Part shown: positions 1-7,181 of the stretch, piece by piece
Layout: each line of letters opens with the position of its first letter
Numbering within the stretch: the first letter of the stretch is position 1
Assembly: GCA_030600085.1 (NCBI GenBank)
Contig: JAUVMT010000003.1
Coordinates: 1-35,116, forward strand
Reading direction: 5' to 3'
Source: Gemmatimonadales bacterium
GTDB lineage: Bacteria > Gemmatimonadota > Gemmatimonadetes > Palauibacterales > Palauibacteraceae
Length of the DNA stretch: 35,116 nucleotides
Made by a program: the position numbers and the translations under genes
Notes under the pieces: model-generated
The model's input: only the letters and a program-made list of their open reading frames with translations
The model's database searches: none
Told to the model about the DNA's origin: nothing

Positions 1-137
1 ACCGAGGGGGCCCAGTCGTCCGCTTCGGCAAGGCGCGACGACGAGGCGTAGCAGCGCTACTTCGAGGAGGAGCAACGCCGCCGAGCGGAATGAATCGGCC
101 CCCGAATGACAGCGTGACTTCTGAGACGGTACACTAG
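1..137. mobile_element. Palindromic MITE/REP-like element, left end truncated by the window edge
   Basis: Nested inverted repeats: GGGGGCC 6-12/GGCCCCC 97-103, CCGCTTCGGC 20-29/GCCGAGCGG 80-88, GTAGC 48-52/GCTAC 56-60. Its right end (111-137, ...GGTACACTAG) recurs at 2870-2896 with 26/27 identity. Confidence 0.6.
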
Positions 138-165
138 ACCGGACCAGGCAGCCGCAGGGAAGAGG

Positions 166-624
166 ATGACCGAAACGAGCTCGAGCCAGCCGACGATGGA
201 CGTTCAACAGATTCTCGAGTTCCTGCCTCACCGCTATCCGATGCTTTTGGTGGACCGCATCCTCGAGGTCGAGGAGGGAGAGCGAATCGTGGGGCTCAAG
301 AACGTGACGATCAACGAACCGTTCTTCAGCGGCCACTTCCCGGGCCATCCGATCATGCCAGGTGTGCTGATCGTGGAGGCGATGGCGCAGACCGGCGGAT
401 TGCTGATGATGAGTGAGATGGAGAATGTGGCGGAGAAGGTCATCTACTTTATGTCGCTGGACGACGTGAAGTGGCGAAAGCCGGTGGTTCCGGGCGATCA
501 GTTGATCTTCGAGGTCGAGCTCGTCAAGCGGCGCCGAACGATCCTGAAAATGCATGGCGTGGCCAAGGTCGATGGGGTGACAGTGGCGGAGGCCACGATG
601 ATGGCGACGGTGATGGATCGGTGA
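166..624 (+). CDS. fabZ: 3-hydroxyacyl-ACP dehydratase FabZ
   Basis: [12 protein letters not shown] and [23 protein letters not shown] motifs; purine-rich RBS (GGGAAGAGG) before the ATG. Confidence 0.95.
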   Translation: MTETSSSQPTMDVQQILEFLPHRYPMLLVDRILEVEEGERIVGLKNVTINEPFFSGHFPGHPIMPGVLIVEAMAQTGGLLMMSEMENVAEKVIYFMSLDDVKWRKPVVPGDQLIFEVELVKRRRTILKMHGVAKVDGVTVAEATMMATVMDR

Positions 625-657
625 GCCGAGACCTCGGCGTTCGTGTCGGAGTCTGAC

Positions 658-789
658 GTGCCACTCCACAAGCTGCGTGAGCAGCGCAAGAAGCTGGGCG
701 CGGGCGCCAAGCGCGCCCCCCGCACGGTAACGCTCCTGGTGCTTCTCGTCCTCGTGTTCCTTCTTATGTACTACCTCGGGAGTGTCTAG
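658..789 (+). CDS. Small (43 aa) basic protein with a C-terminal transmembrane helix
   Basis: GTG...TAG ORF MPLHKLREQRKKLGAGAKRAPRTVTLLVLLVLVFLLMYYLGSV, with GGAG upstream of the start and mostly G/C third codon positions. It fills the fabZ-nadB gap and is below the ORF-track cutoff. Confidence 0.7.
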   Translation: MPLHKLREQRKKLGAGAKRAPRTVTLLVLLVLVFLLMYYLGSV

Positions 790-844
790 CGAGACGCACT
801 CCACCCATCCGCCTCACGTTGCGCGGCGCGCGGAGGATTCGAAA

Positions 845-2419
845 GTGACCCGGATCCACACGGATGTGCTCGTCGCCGGCAGCGGAATCGCCGGTCTCAC
901 CTTTGCGCTCAAGGCCGCCGAGTTCGCCCGCGTGGTTCTCGTGACGAAGAAGAACCGGGTGGAATCCGCGACCAACTATGCCCAGGGTGGCGTGGCGGCG
1001 GTGTTCGCGAAGGAGGATGCGTTCGCGCTTCACGCCGGGGATACCCTTCTCTCCGGTGCCGGCCTCTGCCACCGTCGCGCGGTCGAGGAGCTCGTGCGCG
1101 AGGGCCCCGAACGAGTCCGGGAGCTGATCGAGTGGGGCGTCAGGTTCAGCCGGGACGGGGTGTCTTTCTCGTTGGGACGAGAGGCGGGACACAGCGCACG
1201 CCGCATCGTTCACGCGGAGGACCTGACGGGAAGCGAGATCGAGCGCGCCCTTCTGGCGGCCGTGTCGGCGAAGCCTCAGATCCAGATGTTGCAGGACCAC
1301 TTCCTCTGGAAGCTCGCGGCGGTCACGGAGCCCAGTACCTTGAGACCTCGTTGCGGAGGGGCGCTCGTCCTCGATGTGTCGAACCAGCAGTGGATAGAGG
1401 TGGAGTGCCGGGCCGTCCTGCTGGCGACGGGCGGGTGTGGCAGACTCTACCGGCACACGACCAACCCCGAGATAGCGATGGGCGACGGAGTGGCCATCGG
1501 TTGGGAGGCCGGGGCTGCCGTGGCGAACCTCGAGTTCGTGCAGTTTCACCCGACCGCCCTCTATCCGACGGGCGATCAGGCCTTCCTGATCTCGGAAGCC
1601 GTGCGCGGAGAGGGAGCGGTGATCCGGAACCGCGGCGGCGACCCGTTCATGGATCGCTACCATCCGGCGGGGTCGCTGGCCCCCCGGGACATCGTGGCGC
1701 GTGCCATCGACGCCGAGATGAAACGCAGCGGGGAGCCCTACGTCCACCTGGATCTGAGTGATCTGGATGCCGAGCGTGTGCGCGCTCGCTTTCCGAACAT
1801 ACTGCGCGGATGCGCGGAGCGAGGAATTCGAATTCCCGAAGAGCCAATTCCGGTCGTGCCTGCGGCGCACTACCAGTGCGGCGGCCTCTTGGCGGACTGG
1901 GACGGCCGTACCTCGCTCGCCGGACTGTATGCAGCGGGCGAGGTGGCCTGCACCGGAGTACATGGCGCCAACCGTCTCGCGTCGAACTCGCTGCTGGAGG
2001 CCGTCGTCTACGCGGAGCGGGCGGCCCGGCGGGTGGAAGCCGATCTGCACGCAGTATCAGGCGTACCCCTTCCTTCGGCGACGAGTCTACCCGGGCTCCG
2101 TGCGGAGGGCGAGGATCCGGCCTCGATCGAGGAGCGGGTACGGGATGTCATGTGGGCGAACGTGTCGATCGTCCGATCAGATGAGAGGTTGAGCGTCGCT
2201 CGCAGGGAGTTGGATGGGCTCGTGAAACTCCCGCTCGCGCGCGACGGAACAGCTTCCGGGGCGATGTACTCCCGCCAGGTCGAGTTCGCCCGCGAGGTCG
2301 CCCGCCTCATCGTGCGCTGCGCGCAGCGGCGTCGGGAGAGCAGAGGTCTCCACTTCACGGAGAGCTATCCGCACCGGGACAGCGAGCGATACTTGCGAGA
2401 TACCGTCCTGGCGCGGTGA
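845..2419 (+). CDS. nadB: L-aspartate oxidase
   Basis: FAD-binding GSGIAGL, ATNYAQGGVAAV, EAGHSARRIVH, EFVQFHPT, LAPRDIVARAI, TGVHGANRLASNSLLEA, RRESRGLHF. Start moved to GTG 845 behind GGAGG (track start 782). Confidence 0.95.
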   Translation: MTRIHTDVLVAGSGIAGLTFALKAAEFARVVLVTKKNRVESATNYAQGGVAAVFAKEDAFALHAGDTLLSGAGLCHRRAVEELVREGPERVRELIEWGVRFSRDGVSFSLGREAGHSARRIVHAEDLTGSEIERALLAAVSAKPQIQMLQDHFLWKLAAVTEPSTLRPRCGGALVLDVSNQQWIEVECRAVLLATGGCGRLYRHTTNPEIAMGDGVAIGWEAGAAVANLEFVQFHPTALYPTGDQAFLISEAVRGEGAVIRNRGGDPFMDRYHPAGSLAPRDIVARAIDAEMKRSGEPYVHLDLSDLDAERVRARFPNILRGCAERGIRIPEEPIPVVPAAHYQCGGLLADWDGRTSLAGLYAAGEVACTGVHGANRLASNSLLEAVVYAERAARRVEADLHAVSGVPLPSATSLPGLRAEGEDPASIEERVRDVMWANVSIVRSDERLSVARRELDGLVKLPLARDGTASGAMYSRQVEFAREVARLIVRCAQRRRESRGLHFTESYPHRDSERYLRDTVLAR

Positions 2420-2871
2420 AGGTGCTCATCCTGGCGGTAGGAAAACCGGGAGCGCTCCTCGTGTCCGCGATCAGGGAGTACGAGACTCGGGCAGGTCGTT
2501 ATTTCTCCTTGGACGTGATCGAGGTGCCGGCCGGCAAGGGGGAGCATGGCCCGGAAGCGGAAGCCCAGAGGCTTCTCGACCGAGTACCGGAGGGCTTCGA
2601 CGTCGTGGCGCTCACGCGAGAGGGGAAGAGGATGAGCTCGAAGGGCTTGGCGCGATATCTCTCGGCTCTCGGTCTGCATCGGCGGCCGGGCGTGGCCTTT
2701 CTCGTTGGCGGCCCGTTCGGGCTCGCGGAGTCGGCTCTCTCCAGCGCGGAGCACAAACTCTCGCTTTCCGCCATGAGCTTGCCACGCGATCTCGCCCGTC
2801 TGCTTCTGGCCGAACAGGTCTATCGCGCCGGGACGATTAGTCGCGGACAGCCCTACCACAAGGGGAGCTAG
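2416..2871 (+). CDS. rlmH: 23S rRNA m3Psi1915 methyltransferase RlmH (SPOUT)
   Basis: ILAVGK, VAFLVGGPFGL, LSLSAMSLP, EQVYRAGTISRGQPYHK; GTGA overlap with nadB. Confidence 0.92.
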   Translation: MKVLILAVGKPGALLVSAIREYETRAGRYFSLDVIEVPAGKGEHGPEAEAQRLLDRVPEGFDVVALTREGKRMSSKGLARYLSALGLHRRPGVAFLVGGPFGLAESALSSAEHKLSLSAMSLPRDLARLLLAEQVYRAGTISRGQPYHKGS

Positions 2872-2896
2872 CGTGACTTCTGAGACGGTACGCTAG
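2868..2896. repeat. 29-bp CTAG-bounded collapsed copy of the element at 1-137
   Basis: CTAGCGT-GACTTCTGAGACGGT-ACGCTAG: 7-bp inverted ends, 26/27 identical to 111-137. The left CTAG contains the rlmH stop codon. Confidence 0.8.
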
Positions 2897-2905
2897 GTCG
2901 AGCAC

Positions 2906-3649
2906 ATGGGGGATCCTGGGAGGGCGGAGTGGTTCCGCCATTGGTTCGGCGAGGAGTATCTGCGACTGTACCCTCACCGCGACCAGGCCGAGGCGGCGGC
3001 GGCCGTGCGGCTGTATCTCGAGGTCTCCGGTCCGCCCCGGGGGCGGTCGCTCGACCTGGCCTGCGGCGAGGGAAGGCATCTGCGGGAGCTCAGGCGGGCG
3101 GGGGTCGATGCCGTGGGCCTCGATCTGTCGCTGCCGCTCCTTCGCCTTGCCCGCCGCTCCGAGACGCCGCCCTTCCTCCTCGTTCGGGCGGACATGCGGA
3201 GACTGCCCTTTCGGGATGCGTCGTTCAGCGCCGTGACCAGCTTCTTCACATCCTTCGGCTACTTCGCCGCCGCGGAGGAGGACGTGGAGGCGGCGCGTGA
3301 GATTCGGCGAGTGCTGGCGCCTGGGGGCCGGTTTCTTCTCGACTACTTGAACGCGGCGCACGTGAGGGCGGCTCTGGTGCCGGAGGAGATGTTGGACTTG
3401 GATGGAGGCTCGGTGCACGTGACTCGGAGCATCGAGGGCGACGTGGTGGTGAAGCGGATGCGGATCTCGAGCGGGGAGGGCGGTCGGCCCAGCGAGCACG
3501 TGGAGCGTGTTCGGCTGTACGCGCCGGAAGAGCTCGAGACGCTCCTGGCCTCCGCAGGGCTCGTCCCCACGGATCGTTTCGGCGATTACGAGGGCGCTCC
3601 CTTCGCGCCGTCATCGACTCGCCTGGTACTGGCGGGACACGCCGAATGA
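2906..3649 (+). CDS. Class I SAM-dependent methyltransferase (candidate bacillithiol N-methyltransferase)
   Basis: Motif I LDLACGEGRH, GLDLS, RADMRRLPF, FTSFGYF, LAPGGRFLLD; N-terminal WFRHWF-YLRLYPHRD; ATGA overlap with bshC. Confidence 0.85.
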   Translation: MGDPGRAEWFRHWFGEEYLRLYPHRDQAEAAAAVRLYLEVSGPPRGRSLDLACGEGRHLRELRRAGVDAVGLDLSLPLLRLARRSETPPFLLVRADMRRLPFRDASFSAVTSFFTSFGYFAAAEEDVEAAREIRRVLAPGGRFLLDYLNAAHVRAALVPEEMLDLDGGSVHVTRSIEGDVVVKRMRISSGEGGRPSEHVERVRLYAPEELETLLASAGLVPTDRFGDYEGAPFAPSSTRLVLAGHAE

Positions 3650-5277
3650 GCGGGCAGCCGCGGCTCGAGCACGCAGCCTTCGGGGCTACGGGCTCTCTGG
3701 GGTCGCGCTTTGCGGCCGGCGACGCGGCGGCCGTGGACCTCTTCCCGCCGTCGCTGCGCGGACGGAGTGAGTCCGGGGACGGTGCGGGGTCGCCCGCCCT
3801 TCCGCCCTCCTGCGAAAGCCCGGCGCTGACGGCCGACGTCTTCAACGCCTCCTCGCCCGCCGCCGCCGCCAAGCTGCGCTCCATCCTCGCCGGAGAAGGG
3901 GCGCTCGTCACGACCGGACAGCAGCCGTGCCTCCTCCTCGGCCCGCTGTTCGTCCTGTACAAGGCGATAACGGCGATCCGGCTGGCTGCGGTGCTCGAGC
4001 GGGAACTCAGGTGCCCGGTGCTCGCGCTCTTTTGGGTGGCCTCGGACGATCACGATTGGAAAGAGTTGGGCACCACACACCTGATCGACACATCCAACGC
4101 GCTTCGGAGTTTCCGGCTGAGCCCGCCCGAGGGGCGAGAGCAGCTGTCGGTCGGCCAGACAACGCTGGATGGCTCGATCCATGACTTGCTGGCAGAAGTT
4201 CGTGAAGTGCTTCCGCGGTCTGAGTTTATCAATCAGTATCTGGAGTTGTTCGGAGATACATATCGACCGGGCCGAAGCGTCGGCCGCGCGTTCGGCGAAG
4301 CGCTGACGGGAGTGCTGGAGGGACGCGAGCTGGTCTGGCTGGACTCGGCGGCGCTCGAGGTCAAGCGCGCCTTGGCGCCCCTTCACACACGCGCGCTGCG
4401 GCACGCCGCCTCGGCGGCGGCGGCGGTGACGAGCTCCACCGAGCGGGTACGGGAGGCAGGCTTCGAGCCTCAACTGGCCCTCCCCGACGGCGCCAGCAAC
4501 GTGTTCTACGATGACGGCCGCGCGCGCCGGCGGATCTACGTGGCGGGCGATGTCGCGCGACCGGGGAAAGAGGGCGGCGAGCGCCAGCTGGCCGAGCTGC
4601 TCGCTGAGGTCGAGCGATCTCCGGAGTCATTCGGGCCGAGCGCCGCACTGCGCCCGGTTGCGGAGTCCTGTCTCCTGCCGGTCTCTGCCTCGGTGCTCGG
4701 ACCGGCCGAGGTCGCGTATTGGGCCCAGCTCCCGGGTCTGTTCGAGTGGGCGGGTATCGGCATGCCCCGAACCGTGCCTCGCACGGGCTGGACGGCGATC
4801 GAGGCCAAGGTGGCCAAGGTCCTGGATGCGCTCGAGCTGGACCCTGGTGAGCTGTCGGATGGTGGGGCGGAGGTCGTGGAGCGATCCGTGCGCGGGGGAA
4901 GGCCTGAAGCAGTGGCTCGAGCCTTGGAGGAGGCGGAAGCGGCCCGAGAAGGCGCATTCGACCGCATCCTCGAGGCCCTCTCGGCTGAGATTCCCGGGAT
5001 CCGCGCCACGGCGGAGAAGGCACGGGCAGGTGCGCGAAAAGCTGCCCGGCAGCTCGAGAAAGCGGTGGATGCGAGCGTGCTCGAGCGGCAATCCGTGTTG
5101 CGCCGCAAGATCGAGAAAACGGCCCTCCATCTCTATCCGGCTGGTGCTCCCCAGGAGCGGATCTTGAATCCGCTCTACTATCTCGCGCGCTACGGTCCGG
5201 CCTTCCTCGAGAGCCTGGACCGGGAGGTGGAGACCGCGGTAGAAGAGTACGTTGCCCAGCTCGACAGGGCGCTCTAG
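3646..5277 (+). CDS. bshC: Bacillithiol biosynthesis cysteine-adding enzyme BshC
   Basis: VTTGQQP...GPLFVLYKAITAI, FWVASDDHDWKE, GPAEVAYWAQL, coiled-coil region, C-terminal PQERILN; 543 aa. Confidence 0.9.
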   Translation: MSGQPRLEHAAFGATGSLGSRFAAGDAAAVDLFPPSLRGRSESGDGAGSPALPPSCESPALTADVFNASSPAAAAKLRSILAGEGALVTTGQQPCLLLGPLFVLYKAITAIRLAAVLERELRCPVLALFWVASDDHDWKELGTTHLIDTSNALRSFRLSPPEGREQLSVGQTTLDGSIHDLLAEVREVLPRSEFINQYLELFGDTYRPGRSVGRAFGEALTGVLEGRELVWLDSAALEVKRALAPLHTRALRHAASAAAAVTSSTERVREAGFEPQLALPDGASNVFYDDGRARRRIYVAGDVARPGKEGGERQLAELLAEVERSPESFGPSAALRPVAESCLLPVSASVLGPAEVAYWAQLPGLFEWAGIGMPRTVPRTGWTAIEAKVAKVLDALELDPGELSDGGAEVVERSVRGGRPEAVARALEEAEAAREGAFDRILEALSAEIPGIRATAEKARAGARKAARQLEKAVDASVLERQSVLRRKIEKTALHLYPAGAPQERILNPLYYLARYGPAFLESLDREVETAVEEYVAQLDRAL

Positions 5278-5320
5278 TGCTACACGCGCGGCTGTCACAA
5301 CTCCAAGGGTATTCGGATCG

Positions 5321-5620
5321 ATGACGCTCTTTTGGGCCCTCATGGTCGTCGTATTGATTCTGCTGATCCCGCTCCTGGCGATCGTGATCGACTCGCAGAT
5401 CGGTCAGGCGCTCGCCCGGCGCATCTCTCGCGAACCGCCGCCGGGTGAGCTCGAGGCTCGCGTGGATGCGCTGGAGGGCGAGCTCAGATACCTGACGGAG
5501 TCGGTCGAAGGCTTGCGTGATGAGTCGGTCTTCATCCGTGCTCTCGTGGAGGGCAGAGGCGAGCCGCGGGATGCGCTGCCGCCCGGGGGGCAAGGAGCGG
5601 CGCGCGAATCCGGTGACTGA
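5321..5620 (+). CDS. Small membrane protein (N-terminal TM helix plus coiled coil)
   Basis: MTLFWALMVVVLILLIPLLAIVI followed by heptad-like LEARVDALEGELRYLTESVEGLRDE; overlaps the murJ start. Confidence 0.75.
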   Translation: MTLFWALMVVVLILLIPLLAIVIDSQIGQALARRISREPPPGELEARVDALEGELRYLTESVEGLRDESVFIRALVEGRGEPRDALPPGGQGAARESGD

Positions 5621-7181
5621 GGGAGCCGGACGCTCCTCAAGCCGGGAAAGCCGGAGCGCCGCTTCAGTCGGCGCGGGAATACTCGTCAGCCGCCTGACCG
5701 GCTTCCTTCGCGATCTCGTCATTGCCCGCTTCTTCGGTACGATGGTGGCCGCTGACGCCTATGCGGCGGCAATCAAGATCCCCAACGTGCTCCGCAACCT
5801 CCTCGGCGAGGGCTCTCTCTCGGCCGCGTTCGTGCCGGTCTACAGCTCGCTCCTGGAAGGCGATCGGGCCGAGAGCGAAGCGCCCGCCCTTCTGGCGCGG
5901 CGAGTGCTCGGCCGGTTGGTGCTGCTGGCCGGCGTTCTCTCCGCGCTCGGCGTGGTGCTGGCGCCGTGGCTGACTCGTATCGTGGCACCCGGCTTCGACG
6001 CCGAGACGTCGGCCCTCACGACCCAGCTCGTGAGGATCCTGTTCCCGATGGCCGGGGTCATGATCCTCGCGGCCTGGTGTCTCGGTGTGCTGAACAGCCA
6101 TCGCCGGTTTTTCCTCCCGTTTGCGGCTCCGGTGCTGTGGAACCTCGCTCAGGTAGCGGGACTCCTCCTGGGTGCCCGTTTCGGCTGGAGCCCGCTGATT
6201 CAGGTCCTTGCCTGGTCGACGCTGGCCGGGAGCCTGCTCCAGCTGGGTGTGCAGGTGCCGACGGCGCGCAGACTGGCCCGGGGCGTTCGTCCGCTGCTGG
6301 ATCGCGGTTCGGAGCCCGTTCGGCGAGTCATGCGCAACATGGTACCGGTGGCCGCGAGCCAGGGGATCTTCCAGGTCGCCAGTTTTGCGGACGTGATCCT
6401 GGCGAGCTTCCTGCCCGCCGGGGCGGTTGTCGGCCTGTACTACGCCCAGCGCCTGGCGTATCTGCCGTTGAGCGTCTTCGGCGTCTCCGTCGCGGCAGCG
6501 GCGCTTCCGGAGATGTCCCGGCAGACGGGACCCGAAGCGCTGCGCCCCAGGCTCGTGAACGGGTTCTTCCAGATCCTCTACTTCGTGCTTCCCGCGGCGA
6601 TCGCCCTGATCCTGTTCGGTGATCTGGCGGTCCGTATCGTCTTCCAGCGCGGGGCGTTCGACGAATACAGCACGCAGCTCGTGAGCGGAATCCTAATCGC
6701 GTATTCGGTCGGACTCGTCGCCACGAGCTCGGTCAAGCTCTTCGCCGGGGGCTTTCACGCCATGCAGGACACCAGGACGCCGATGCGCTTTGCTGCGATC
6801 TCCGTCGCTTCAGGGATCGCCCTCGGGGCCTCGGCGATGCTGCTGATGCGCGGTGCCGGCTACGGGGCGCTGTCAGCGGCCGGGCTGGCGCTCGGAGGCT
6901 CGGCGGGCGCGTGGCTGAACCTGCTCCTGCTGTGGTCAGGTCTCCGCCGCCGCGTGGGCGTCCTGTTCGGAGCCGCAGCGCTCCGGCCGCTCGTACGCCT
7001 CTGCGTAGCGGCGCTGGCGGGCGCGGCCGCCGGATCCGTAGCCAGGCTCGCGCTGACCGCGAGGATCCACCCGGAGACCACGATCGGGGCGGCGGCCGTG
7101 CTGACCGGAACGCTACTCGCTGCCGGTGTAGTGTACCTGTCGATCGTCCGTAGGCCCCCCCGTCCGATCTCCGATGGCTGA
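5613..7181 (+). CDS. murJ: Lipid II flippase MurJ (MviN)
   Basis: SRLTGFLRD, ADAY..A.KIPNVLRNLLGEGSLSAAFVPVY, many TM helices, FHAMQDTRTP. Start set at GTG 5613, which overlaps the upstream ORF. Confidence 0.93.
   Translation: MTEGAGRSSSRESRSAASVGAGILVSRLTGFLRDLVIARFFGTMVAADAYAAAIKIPNVLRNLLGEGSLSAAFVPVYSSLLEGDRAESEAPALLARRVLGRLVLLAGVLSALGVVLAPWLTRIVAPGFDAETSALTTQLVRILFPMAGVMILAAWCLGVLNSHRRFFLPFAAPVLWNLAQVAGLLLGARFGWSPLIQVLAWSTLAGSLLQLGVQVPTARRLARGVRPLLDRGSEPVRRVMRNMVPVAASQGIFQVASFADVILASFLPAGAVVGLYYAQRLAYLPLSVFGVSVAAAALPEMSRQTGPEALRPRLVNGFFQILYFVLPAAIALILFGDLAVRIVFQRGAFDEYSTQLVSGILIAYSVGLVATSSVKLFAGGFHAMQDTRTPMRFAAISVASGIALGASAMLLMRGAGYGALSAAGLALGGSAGAWLNLLLLWSGLRRRVGVLFGAAALRPLVRLCVAALAGAAAGSVARLALTARIHPETTIGAAAVLTGTLLAAGVVYLSIVRRPPRPISDG

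Noticed and set aside
779-844. Hairpin GGAGTGTCT...AGACGCACTCC upstream of nadB as an NAD riboswitch or terminator
   Set aside because: Short and bulged, overlaps the small ORF's stop, has no U-tract and shows no resemblance I can support to a known NAD+ riboswitch.
111-2896. Two repeat copies as ends of a composite transposon or as a CRISPR array
   Set aside because: Only two copies 2.7 kb apart, enclosing housekeeping genes, with no transposase, spacers or cas genes.
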